Shown: positions 9,417 to 18,479 of the stretch, piece by piece
How positions within the stretch are numbered: the first letter of the stretch is position 1
Layout: every line of letters starts with the position of its first letter
Assembly: GCF_947169325.1 (NCBI RefSeq)
Contig: NZ_CAMVPN010000001.1
Span: 16,089-80,088 of the forward strand
Length of the DNA stretch: 64,000 nucleotides
DNA from: an uncultured Methanobrevibacter sp.
Lineage (GTDB): Archaea; Methanobacteriota; Methanobacteria; Methanobacteriales; Methanobacteriaceae
Reading direction: 5' to 3'
Program-made: the position numbers and the translations under genes
The notes under the pieces: model-generated
What the model was told of the DNA's origin: nothing
Databases searched by the model: none
What the model saw: only the letters and a program-made list of their open reading frames with translations

Positions 9417-10013
9417 ATGGAAGATAAGAATATTATAATTGTTCTATTGGTGATAATTGCCATAATTTTGGCATTCATTGTTGGATATATGTTTATGCCG
9501 TCCTTGAATGCTAAAAAAGACTGTAAAATAACCATAACCAGCAATTCAAGTTTATACGATGGGGACACCATAACATTCAAGCTAACTGACATGGAGGGTG
9601 CAGGAATATCAAATCAAAATGTCAGCATCACTCTTATAGGGGAAGACGGAACAGAGGATTCCTATTCGATAATCACAGATAACAATGGTGGCGGGGGACT
9701 TAAATTAAATGAAATTACAGGAAATTATGTAGTCAACTGCACTTATGCAGGCAATGAGAATTTCTCAGCAAACAGCACTTCACAGGATCTGGAAATCAGG
9801 GAGAAGGTTTCCGAAAGCGAAGTGCAGCAGCCAACTCAGGAATCTTCAAGCCAATCAAACGAGATTCACTATGATGAGGAAATCAACGTTTATTATGACA
9901 GCAATGGAATAGTGGTTGATCCCGATGGCGAACATCCTATGGAGGTTGGAAAGCAATATTCCGACCTTGTTGAAAGGCAGGAAAAATGGAAACGTGGAGA
10001 ATTGGAAATGTAA
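9417..10013 (+). CDS. small membrane-anchored protein with an Ig-like (adhesin-type) domain
   Basis: The ATG at 9417 is preceded by GGGGGA. The N-terminal TM segment is IIIVLLVIIAIILAFIVGYMF. It is followed by ITITSN..GDTITFKLTD..G.GISNQNVSITL...GNYVVNCTYAGNENFSANS, which resembles the Ig-like repeats of the large surface proteins in this window. The track ORF starts upstream at TTG 9261, inside the repeat. Confidence 0.6.
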   Translation: MEDKNIIIVLLVIIAIILAFIVGYMFMPSLNAKKDCKITITSNSSLYDGDTITFKLTDMEGAGISNQNVSITLIGEDGTEDSYSIITDNNGGGGLKLNEITGNYVVNCTYAGNENFSANSTSQDLEIREKVSESEVQQPTQESSSQSNEIHYDEEINVYYDSNGIVVDPDGEHPMEVGKQYSDLVERQEKWKRGELEM

Positions 10014-10084
10014 TTCTCTCTTTTTCTTTTTTTGTTAATTTAATTTGAAATGTCTTTTTTCATAGAGCTATTATGCAGGGTTAT

Positions 10085-10215
10085 GTTGCTTTTAATTGAC
10101 TGGTTTTGACATTAACGGTTGGCATTTGCGGTTTTAGGGTTGTTTGGTTTTGTGGATATATATGCAGGTTCTGTTTTGCGGTTGTTAATGTGGATTCGTG
10201 GGTGTTAATGTCATT
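10085..10215. repeat. TGACATTAACGG-family repeat, one ~130-bp unit
   Basis: The sequence is gttgcttttaattgactggttttgacattaacggttggcatttgcggttttagggttgtttggttttgtggatatatatgcaggttctgttttgcggttgttaatgtggattcgtgggtgttaatgtc. It has the same orientation as the other copies. Confidence 0.85.
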
Positions 10216-10484
10216 GTAGGTTTTTGGTTGTGTTTTGTCGGTGTGCATTGTTTTAGTAACATTTTTATGAGTTAAAATATGGTTTTGTTGATGTTTATCG
10301 GATTTCACATAATACAAAAAAATGATTAATTAAATTAATCAAGTAAGTTGTTAACTGCTAAATTATGCAATGATTTTTTAATTTGATTACTTTGTGTTTT
10401 CAGCTATTTCTTTTAATAACTCTATAATTTCATTATTCTGTTGTATAATCTGATTATTTTGTTGGCTTAAAACATCTAATTTTA

Positions 10485-10934
10485 TTAATTGGATGCTAGA
10501 AACCTCCCATTTACTTTTTCTATTCTTGAGATTCCATATGTAACATATGCTCTGTATACTTTGTCTGCTTGTTTTGCTTCATCATGATATATTTTAAATA
10601 TTTCATCGTTAGTGAATCCATATTCTTCATTAATTTTCTCTCTTTTATCGATTTTGTTTAGATATTCTTGTTCTCTTTCTTCTTTTATTTTTTTATTTTC
10701 TTCTTTTATTCTTCTGATTTCTTCTTCGTTATGTATGGTGTATGTTCCACAATTTGGGCAAATTTCACTGTCTTTATATATTTTCCCACAGTTTTGGCAG
10801 ATTATTGATGGTTTATTTTTGTCCTGTTTATCTTTTTCTTCTTCGTAATGGGGGTTGGATGTTCCACATTTTGGGCAATTTTCGAGGTCTTTATATATTT
10901 TTCCACAGTTTTCACAGATTATCGTTGATGTCAT
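10485..10934 (-). CDS. double zinc-ribbon protein, function unknown
   Basis: There are two CxxC-x(n)-CPxCG units: ICENCGKIYKDLENCPKCGT and ICQNCGKIYKDSEICPNCGT. They are followed by a charged helical region. The gene is very AT-rich. Confidence 0.6.
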   Translation of the reverse strand: MTSTIICENCGKIYKDLENCPKCGTSNPHYEEEKDKQDKNKPSIICQNCGKIYKDSEICPNCGTYTIHNEEEIRRIKEENKKIKEEREQEYLNKIDKREKINEEYGFTNDEIFKIYHDEAKQADKVYRAYVTYGISRIEKVNGRFLASN

Positions 10935-11127
10935 TTTTAATCCCTTATTGAGTTTTTTTGTTTATGTATATTTGTTATACAAGTATGAATATTTTATCTT
11001 TAATATTATGTATATAATTTATTTAATACTCTTGATCATCAGTTTTTAATATATGTTTATATATAAATTGTAGTGATTATGAAAAATTGTTGTCATTTCG
11101 TAAAATTGCTTTGGGGAGGTTTTTAAT

Positions 11128-12912
11128 ATGGAAGTTAATTCATTTTATAATTATTTAATATCTGAGGGTTATTGCTTTGATAAAGAATTAATTGAAAATT
11201 ATTTGTTATCTTTAAAAGTAAAACCCTTTGTTATTTTAACTGGAAATTCTGGAACAGGTAAAACAAAATTGTCACAATTGTTTGCTAAATTCACTAATTC
11301 GGGATTAATTTCCCTTAAACCCGAAGAGGATTATGTGAAAGTTAAAGGGAATGTAAATTATTCTTCATGGAATAGTATGGGTTGGACTCTTGAAAAAAAT
11401 TATTTTCGTGGTTTTTTACCCATTAAAGAGTGTGAATCAAAATGTGAATTAGTAGTTGATGGAATTCCTGCAAAGGGGGGAATAGGTTTAACAATTCAAT
11501 TAGATTACACTAATCCTGTTTTAATGGACCATTTGAAGAACTTATGTGATGAACTAGGCATTAAAAAATTTTCTCAAAAAGAATATCCGATTGATATTTT
11601 TATAAACGTAGAGGGCATTAAAAAAATCATGGATGATGCTCTACCCATTGATGATTCAATTTATCTCACTCAAAATTCTAATAAATCTGCACAGGAAGAC
11701 CGTCAATGGAATATGGACCATGATTTTTTCAAATATTCTCCTTTCAGAAAAGGGAAAGTGGATTGTAAAATAATTGTTGATGGGATACTGTCTGATGCTA
11801 AACTTAGGGTGTTATCTAAATTAACTTTTTCTAAGAATGAGAGGTTACAAACGTACCTTAAAGAACATGATGGCGAAAAGGTAAATATAAAATTAAATTT
11901 AGTGGATTTTAATTTTGAAGAATTCGAACCGGAATGGGATATTGTTGATTCAATAAGCATTAGATCTGATTTAACGGGAGGATCTGAGGATAAGTATATC
12001 ATTGTCCCTGTTGGAGCAAACTGGACAGACAATACAAATATTGTAGGGTATTATAATGTAATAACAGAGGATTATCAATCAACTCCTGCTTATGATCTTA
12101 TTGAAGATGCACAAATTAACATGGGATGCCCATATTTCCTTATTTTAGATGAAATGAACTTATCTCATGTTGAAAGATATTTCGCTGACTTTTTATCTGC
12201 TATTGAAAGTGGTGAAGAAATTCCCTTGTATGGTGAGGATAAGACATTAACATTACCAAATAATCTTTTTACAATTGGAACAGTCAATGTTGATGAAACC
12301 ACTTACATGTTTTCTCCTAAAGTTTTAGATAGGGCAAATACTATTGAATTTGATACATTAAGCGCATGGGATTATATGGTTTCTGGTCTGGATGGTGATG
12401 ATTTTAAAGGGAACATTGAGTATTTACAGTCCCCTTTAGTTGATTCTAATATTTCAGAATTAAATATTCAAGATTTAAAGGACATATTATCGGAAATTAC
12501 ATACAATAACGATAGTTTATGGGACACATTAGCAATGGAACTCACAATATTTCAGGAAACTCTTAAGGGATCCAGTTTTGACTTCGGATTTAGGGTAATC
12601 AACGAAATCTTAAGATTCATGGTTGTAGCATGGAGATATGAAAACTCTCCAGATGAATGGGATAACTGGGAGAGATACTTTGATGCTCAAATTAAACAAA
12701 AGATCCTTCCAAAGTTGCATGGGTCTGAAAAAGCTATCGGTAATGTCTTAACTAAGTTATTCAACTTGTGTTTGGAAGAAAGAAACAATAATGAAAACCC
12801 TAAAAACATTGACATTAACAAAGAGGATTGCAGATATTACACTTCCGCAGTAAAACTTCAGAACATGTCCAAAGTATTGTCAGATCAAAGATACGTTTCA
12901 TTTATAAATTAA
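11128..12912 (+). CDS. McrB-like AAA+ (AAA_5-type) NTPase with a ~240-aa internally duplicated insert after Walker A
   Basis: The RBS is GGGGAGG. Walker A is FVILTGNSGTGKTKL. Next come VPVGANWTDNTNIVGYYN, then Walker B PYFLILDEMNLSHVERYFADFLSAIES, then FTIGTVNVDETTYMFSPKVLDRANTIEF. This is the McrB/AAA_5 pattern as I recall it. A nuclease partner lies 8 nt downstream. Confidence 0.75.
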   Translation: MEVNSFYNYLISEGYCFDKELIENYLLSLKVKPFVILTGNSGTGKTKLSQLFAKFTNSGLISLKPEEDYVKVKGNVNYSSWNSMGWTLEKNYFRGFLPIKECESKCELVVDGIPAKGGIGLTIQLDYTNPVLMDHLKNLCDELGIKKFSQKEYPIDIFINVEGIKKIMDDALPIDDSIYLTQNSNKSAQEDRQWNMDHDFFKYSPFRKGKVDCKIIVDGILSDAKLRVLSKLTFSKNERLQTYLKEHDGEKVNIKLNLVDFNFEEFEPEWDIVDSISIRSDLTGGSEDKYIIVPVGANWTDNTNIVGYYNVITEDYQSTPAYDLIEDAQINMGCPYFLILDEMNLSHVERYFADFLSAIESGEEIPLYGEDKTLTLPNNLFTIGTVNVDETTYMFSPKVLDRANTIEFDTLSAWDYMVSGLDGDDFKGNIEYLQSPLVDSNISELNIQDLKDILSEITYNNDSLWDTLAMELTIFQETLKGSSFDFGFRVINEILRFMVVAWRYENSPDEWDNWERYFDAQIKQKILPKLHGSEKAIGNVLTKLFNLCLEERNNNENPKNIDINKEDCRYYTSAVKLQNMSKVLSDQRYVSFIN

Positions 12913-12920
12913 AGATTTAA

Positions 12921-14798
12921 ATGATTGAGCAAAAGGTAATTATTCATTTAACGGATGAATTTTCAAATGAAATCGGAATTTTAAGCGTTAGCTCTCTGGA
13001 TTATCGTGCCAATAAGGAGTTTACAACTCCTTTATCTCATACGATAACGTTGGAAAGCATTCCGTTTGTTGATGAGCCGGATAATTTAACTCCAATTCAG
13101 TATTGGGAGAATAATGAATCTAATTTTGCCAATTTGATGTTTCTGGAAGAAACGGAATATCAGGTACTGTTTGAATCCGATGATGTTGATGCAACATATG
13201 ATGTATTGCATTCACTAACTAAAATCAACGATAATCATTTCAAGCCATTTAGATTTGATTTGGGAGACAATAAGAAATATATGGTTGCAGGAACGCTGAA
13301 TTTCAGAAGCTATGTTGGTAAATCCTTTTTTGACGTTAAAAAAGACAACATTAAATCAATCAAAATTCCAATAGAGGTTAGGTCCAAAAAGATCGATTAT
13401 TTTAGTCAATATTCGGCAATGATTGCTGATTTATCACAGCATGCCTTAAGTCTTATTTTTGAAGTTAATTCTCCATTGTATCAGGAATTTGATTTGGATA
13501 ATCGACCAAAAGAGACATTATATGAAGATTTCATGTTTCTTGAATATTTGTTCAGACCGGAAAATTTGCCATCAATATTTGAATATTTGTCAAAAAACCT
13601 ACATTCACAACTTAAGGAACATGCTGAAACGGTGCCGTTGTCATTCGCTTCAAATGTTAATCAGAATACCTTAAAAAATATTGTATCAAAGCCAAATAAT
13701 TTATTTAAATCAGATGCTGATTTTGAGATTGTCCGTAAATTGAATGGATATATTCCTTATGAAATTGACCAAATAAAACATGAGGACATTATTGACATTC
13801 CCGAAAACAGGTTTTTCAAATACTTTTTGGAGCTAATTCAGGGGCTAATTGAAAAGTTGTTGGCAAGTTCAAAGGAAGGCTACATTAACGATAAGCTATT
13901 GTCATTTAGAGATGAAATCGGTTATTTTTTATCTGCAAAATTCTTTAATCACATCTCAACAATGGATTATGTTCCATTTAACTCACAAATCCTTCAGAAG
14001 AAGGAAGGTTACAGAGAAATCTTCCATTATTTTTTGATGCTTGAATTCTCATTCAGATTAAGTTGGGATGAGGTAAGCAGTCAATTCAAAGGATTTGAGA
14101 AAAAACTGAGTGAATTATATGAATATTGGTGTTATTTCAAACTTTTAAAGGTTTTAAATGATTTGAGTGTTAAGAAAATCAATTTTGAAGATGTGTTTGA
14201 GATTAATAGGGACAACTGGTCAATTGGAATCAAAAAAGGTGTCAAATCACTCAAGAGATTCAAACTGTTTTTGCATGACAATGAAATTGACATAAATCTG
14301 TTTTATAATTTGAGATTTTCGGATAACTCTCATTACCGTTCCTATTCGCTCGCATTCAAGCCTGATTACACATTGCTTGTTACAATCGGTGAATTTGAAC
14401 ATTATGTTCACTTTGATGCTAAATATCGTTCCGAACTTGAGATTGTTGATTTTTACTCAAAAATCGAAACATCAACAGACCTGGATGAGGAAATAGAAAG
14501 AAGGGATTCTCTTGAAGAAAAAGAATATGTCTTTAAGGATGGGGACATTTATAAGATGCACACTTACAAGGATTCAATTTTAAAAACTGAAGGTTCTTAC
14601 GTTTTATATCCTGGAAGCAAAACAAAACGATTCAGGGAATCTGATTTGATCATTCCTTCTGTAGGGGCATTCTCATTAACTCCTGGAAATGATAATGTTG
14701 AAGAGAATAACCTCGAAGTATTCATCAAAGAAGTGCTTAAAACCCTTTTGTTTAATCATGGTTTGGTTACTCGTGATTGGGTCAGTTCTAATGTATAA
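12921..14798 (+). CDS. McrC-like / DUF2357-type PD-(D/E)xK nuclease subunit
   Basis: The C-terminal nuclease motifs are FKPDYTLLV ... VHFDAKYR ... YKMHTYKDSIL ... SYVLYPG. The gene lies immediately downstream of the McrB-like NTPase and shares its AT-rich composition. Confidence 0.65.
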   Translation: MIEQKVIIHLTDEFSNEIGILSVSSLDYRANKEFTTPLSHTITLESIPFVDEPDNLTPIQYWENNESNFANLMFLEETEYQVLFESDDVDATYDVLHSLTKINDNHFKPFRFDLGDNKKYMVAGTLNFRSYVGKSFFDVKKDNIKSIKIPIEVRSKKIDYFSQYSAMIADLSQHALSLIFEVNSPLYQEFDLDNRPKETLYEDFMFLEYLFRPENLPSIFEYLSKNLHSQLKEHAETVPLSFASNVNQNTLKNIVSKPNNLFKSDADFEIVRKLNGYIPYEIDQIKHEDIIDIPENRFFKYFLELIQGLIEKLLASSKEGYINDKLLSFRDEIGYFLSAKFFNHISTMDYVPFNSQILQKKEGYREIFHYFLMLEFSFRLSWDEVSSQFKGFEKKLSELYEYWCYFKLLKVLNDLSVKKINFEDVFEINRDNWSIGIKKGVKSLKRFKLFLHDNEIDINLFYNLRFSDNSHYRSYSLAFKPDYTLLVTIGEFEHYVHFDAKYRSELEIVDFYSKIETSTDLDEEIERRDSLEEKEYVFKDGDIYKMHTYKDSILKTEGSYVLYPGSKTKRFRESDLIIPSVGAFSLTPGNDNVEENNLEVFIKEVLKTLLFNHGLVTRDWVSSNV

Positions 14799-14840
14799 AT
14801 TTATAACGTAAGCTGCCAAATATTTAACCAGGAGATTAAC

Positions 14841-15233
14841 ATGAAAACCTTAAACGTTGTTGCAGCTATTATCAAAAAGGATAACAAAATCCTGGCCACA
14901 AAAAGAGGCTACGGCGAATTCATCAACATGTGGGAGTTTCCGGGCGGAAAGATTAAAAAAGATGAATCCAAGGAGGATGCTCTCATAAGGGAAATCAGAG
15001 AGGAACTGGACTGCACAATAAAACCCATAAAATTCGCCCTGGACCTTGAATACCAATATCCTACTTTTTATCTTAAGATGTCCTGCTTTGAAGCGGTAAT
15101 CACCGAAGGAACTCCAAGGCTTCTCGAGCACAATGACGCCAGGTGGCTTTCAAAAGAAGAGCTTGGCACTGTCAACTGGATTCCTGCAGACATCAAAATC
15201 ATCGAATACCTGAAGGAGACTATGGGTGACTAG
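14841..15233 (+). CDS. Nudix hydrolase, MutT/NudG-like (d)NTP pyrophosphohydrolase
   Basis: The Nudix box is GGKIKKDESKEDALIREIREELD. The MutT-like N-terminus is VVAAIIKKDNKILATKRGYGEFINMWEFPGG. GGAG lies before the ATG. Confidence 0.85.
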   Translation: MKTLNVVAAIIKKDNKILATKRGYGEFINMWEFPGGKIKKDESKEDALIREIREELDCTIKPIKFALDLEYQYPTFYLKMSCFEAVITEGTPRLLEHNDARWLSKEELGTVNWIPADIKIIEYLKETMGD

Positions 15234-15235
15234 AC

Positions 15236-15424
15236 ATGGATACCGACAACATTGAAAACATTGAAAAGAGACTTGAGGATGCAACCGCTCTTAAATCAAA
15301 TCTTGAATCAAAGCTGGTAAAGCTTGGAGATTCACCGAGAGCGGAAATCTTCGAAGTCCAGCTGAACAAAATCAACGAACTTATTGACCATCTTGAAAAA
15401 GAAAAAATCGAGCTTTCCAAATGA
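15236..15424 (+). CDS. small coiled-coil protein (62 aa), translationally coupled to its neighbours
   Basis: It starts 2 nt after the Nudix stop, and its stop overlaps the next start (ATGA at 15421..15424). The sequence is heptad-like and charged: IEKRLEDATALKSNLESKLVKL...LNKINELIDHLEKEKIEL. Confidence 0.5.
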   Translation: MDTDNIENIEKRLEDATALKSNLESKLVKLGDSPRAEIFEVQLNKINELIDHLEKEKIELSK

Positions 15425-18357
15425 ATCCGGAAAATATACTCAAGGGCGCCGAGACCGCATTCATAAACCAGCTTTCAGGCTCAAGCGAGGATCTACGCCC
15501 CAAGCTTTTATACAATGACAGAAACAACAAGGTCATAAACTCCATAAGAGACGAGCTTAGGGGGTGTGACGAGTTCATCATTAGCTCCGCTTTCATCACC
15601 ATGGGAGGTATCACTCCTTTGCTTGAAGAGTTCAGGTATCTTGAAAGCAACAACATCAGGGGGAAAATCCTCACCACTGATTATCTCAACTTCACAGAGC
15701 CGAAGGCATTGCGAAAGCTAGCCCAATTCAAGAACATCGAGGTCAGGCTTTACAGCCAGGAGAAGGAAGGTTTCCACACCAAGGGCTACATCTTCAGAAA
15801 GGATGATGTCTACAAGGGAATTGTCGGAAGCTCAAACCTTACCATGAACGCACTTACAGTCAACAAGGAGTGGAACGTTGGTTTCACATCACTAGCCGAA
15901 GGGGAAATGCTTTTCCAAATCAAGAAGGAATTCCAGACACTTTGGGATGAGGCTGATGATTTAGACGATGCCTTAACAAAGTATGAAAAGATTTATGAGG
16001 ACAACAGACGCTTTACAGACATCCGGAAAATCACGGAAAGGATTAGGGATGACAATGTCACGCTCACTCCCAACTACATGCAGGAGCAGTTTCTTGAAAA
16101 CGTAAGGACTCTTGTAAAGCAGGGTGAAAACCGTGCAATCCTCGTATCTGCCACCGGAACGGGCAAGACCTACGCATCAGCGTTTGCAGTCAAAGACTTC
16201 AAACCCAAACGTTTCTTATTTTTGGTTCACAGGGAACAGATTCTAAAGCAGTCCATAAAGGCATACAAGCATGTCTTTGACGATCATGAAAACTTCGGCC
16301 TTTTAAGCGGAAACTCCAAGGACTATGACAAGCCTTATCTTTTCTCAACCATTCAGACCATGTCCAAGGAGGAGGTCTACACAAGATATCCAAAGGATTA
16401 CTTTGACTACATCATAATTGACGAGGGCCACAAGGCAGGGGCTCTCTCATACATCAATGTCGTAAACTACTTTGAACCGAAGTTTCTTTTGGGAATGACC
16501 GCTTCACCTGAGCGTACTGACGGTTTCAATATCTATGATTTGTTCGACAATAACATTGCCCATGAAATCAGGCTTCAGGAAGCCTTAGAAGAGGATCTGT
16601 TATGTCCTTTCCATTATTTCGGAATAACTGACGTTGAGTTTGAAAACGGCGAAATCGATGATAACTTTACCGATTTCAACTTGTTAGCATCAGATAGGCG
16701 TGTCGACTATTTGATAGAAAAGGCAGACTTCTACGGATACTCAGGCCCAAGAAGAAAGGCATTAGTCTTCTGCTCAAGAAAAAAGGAAGCAAAGCTTTTA
16801 TCGGAAAAGTTCAACCAGCGAGGATACAAATCCGTTGTCCTCACAGGTGACGACTCACAGGAAAAGCGCCAGGAAGCCATCGACAGGCTCACCAATGACG
16901 AAAACCCCGACAAGCTTGAATTCATATTCACGGTCGACATCTTCAATGAAGGGGTTGACATTCCAGAAATCAATCAGGTGCTTCTCGTAAGGCCGACAGA
17001 GTCTCCAATCATCTTCATCCAGCAGCTCGGAAGGGGACTTAGAAAGTACGAGAGCAAGGAGTATGTGGTAATCCTTGACTTTATCGGAAACTACAAGAAC
17101 AACTTCATGATTCCGATTGCCCTTTCAGGGGATCGGACCTATGACAAGGACAGAATCAGGAAATATCTCATTGAGGGAAACAGAATCATTCCTGGGGCTT
17201 CATCAATCAACTTCGATGAGGTTTCCAAAAAGCGCATATTTGATTCAATCAACAACACGTCATTTAACAGGAAGGCTCTCTTTAAGGATAAGTACATGAA
17301 CTTAAAATACAAGCTGGGCCGCATCCCTTCATTATATGACTTCGCCGTCAACGGAGACTTCAATCCTGAAATAATCCTCAACCACAAGGACTTCCCGACA
17401 TATCATGATTTCCTCACACAAATCGATGAGGATTACGATTCACACATTGACAATACCGATGCTCTCAAGTTCATCTCCAAAAAGCTGCTTAAGGGAATCC
17501 GCCCCCATGAGCTTGTCATTTTAGAATGTCTTAAATGCAACGGGTACTTCACATTCAGCCAAATTGAGAAGTGTCTTGAGGACAGCTTCTCTCTTAAAGA
17601 TCAGTTCGAGTCCATAAAGGGTGCAATCAATTTCTTAAGCCTTAACTTCTATCTCAAGGAAAAGGGCGAGGGATATCAGGCAAACACCATAGAAAAGCTT
17701 GTTGAAAACCCTGAAAACCTCTTTTTCAACTACGACGATGAGCCATTCGCAAAGCTGAAAGACAATCCGGACCATAAGTTTGAAATATCTCCGGGCTTTA
17801 GAGAGGCCCTTACAAGCCAGACATTTACAGACCACCTTAACGATGCCCTCAAATACGGATTTTTCAAATACCAGAACGTCTACAGGGACGAAAAGCCATT
17901 CAGGCTTTATGAGAAATACTCCCGTGAGGATGTCCTGAGGCTGATGAACTGGAAACGATTCATGAACGGCCAGAACATCGGAGGATATAAAATCAAATAC
18001 AATACCTGTCCGATATTCGTAACCTACAATAAGGCTGAAGACATATCAGAGACAATAAACTACGAAGACCACTTCATCAACAAGGAAACCTTCAACTGGA
18101 TGAGCAGAAACAACAGGAAAACCTCTTCACCTGAACTTGAACCGTTGATTAACTACAATGGCGTGGACACCCAGCTATTCATCCAGAAAAGCAACGATGA
18201 GGGAATTGAGTTCTACTACATCGGCAAACTGACTCCGCTTGCATACAAGCAGGTTTACAGAAACATCGACGGTAAAGACCAGCCTATCGTCAACTTCAGA
18301 TTCAAGCTTCATCCTGAAGTTAAGGACGAAATCTATTCATATTTCGTAAATGATTAG
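15421..18357 (+). CDS. PLD(HKD)-nuclease / SF2 helicase / C-terminal DUF3427-like fusion; candidate SauUSI-family type IV (modification-dependent) restriction enzyme
   Basis: The HKD motif is GFHTKGYIF...GIVGSSNLTMNAL. Helicase motif I is ILVSATGTGKTYASAF and motif II is IIIDEGHKAG. Later helicase motifs include LGMTASPER, FTVDIFNEGVDIPEINQV and QQLGRGLR. A ~350-aa C-terminal region follows. At 978 aa, the domain order matches my recollection of SauUSI. Confidence 0.75.
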   Translation: MNPENILKGAETAFINQLSGSSEDLRPKLLYNDRNNKVINSIRDELRGCDEFIISSAFITMGGITPLLEEFRYLESNNIRGKILTTDYLNFTEPKALRKLAQFKNIEVRLYSQEKEGFHTKGYIFRKDDVYKGIVGSSNLTMNALTVNKEWNVGFTSLAEGEMLFQIKKEFQTLWDEADDLDDALTKYEKIYEDNRRFTDIRKITERIRDDNVTLTPNYMQEQFLENVRTLVKQGENRAILVSATGTGKTYASAFAVKDFKPKRFLFLVHREQILKQSIKAYKHVFDDHENFGLLSGNSKDYDKPYLFSTIQTMSKEEVYTRYPKDYFDYIIIDEGHKAGALSYINVVNYFEPKFLLGMTASPERTDGFNIYDLFDNNIAHEIRLQEALEEDLLCPFHYFGITDVEFENGEIDDNFTDFNLLASDRRVDYLIEKADFYGYSGPRRKALVFCSRKKEAKLLSEKFNQRGYKSVVLTGDDSQEKRQEAIDRLTNDENPDKLEFIFTVDIFNEGVDIPEINQVLLVRPTESPIIFIQQLGRGLRKYESKEYVVILDFIGNYKNNFMIPIALSGDRTYDKDRIRKYLIEGNRIIPGASSINFDEVSKKRIFDSINNTSFNRKALFKDKYMNLKYKLGRIPSLYDFAVNGDFNPEIILNHKDFPTYHDFLTQIDEDYDSHIDNTDALKFISKKLLKGIRPHELVILECLKCNGYFTFSQIEKCLEDSFSLKDQFESIKGAINFLSLNFYLKEKGEGYQANTIEKLVENPENLFFNYDDEPFAKLKDNPDHKFEISPGFREALTSQTFTDHLNDALKYGFFKYQNVYRDEKPFRLYEKYSREDVLRLMNWKRFMNGQNIGGYKIKYNTCPIFVTYNKAEDISETINYEDHFINKETFNWMSRNNRKTSSPELEPLINYNGVDTQLFIQKSNDEGIEFYYIGKLTPLAYKQVYRNIDGKDQPIVNFRFKLHPEVKDEIYSYFVND

Positions 18358-18479
18358 AAACACACTTCAAACCATTCATTTTTTTAAAATACTAATTATT
18401 CTTACATTTTTTACCATTTCAATATGCAAGCAGACATTCAAAGCCGACAGAAAACTGTTGCCAAAAGCGTGATTATTTC

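Noticed and set aside
4330-10260. Integron-like cassette array (repeat, gene, repeat, gene, repeat, with imperfect inverted repeats)
   Set aside because: There is no tyrosine recombinase or integrase gene in the window. The repeats do not fit the attC core (GTTRRRY), and only two genes are bracketed. The idea is kept only as a remote possibility under the repeat-family finding.
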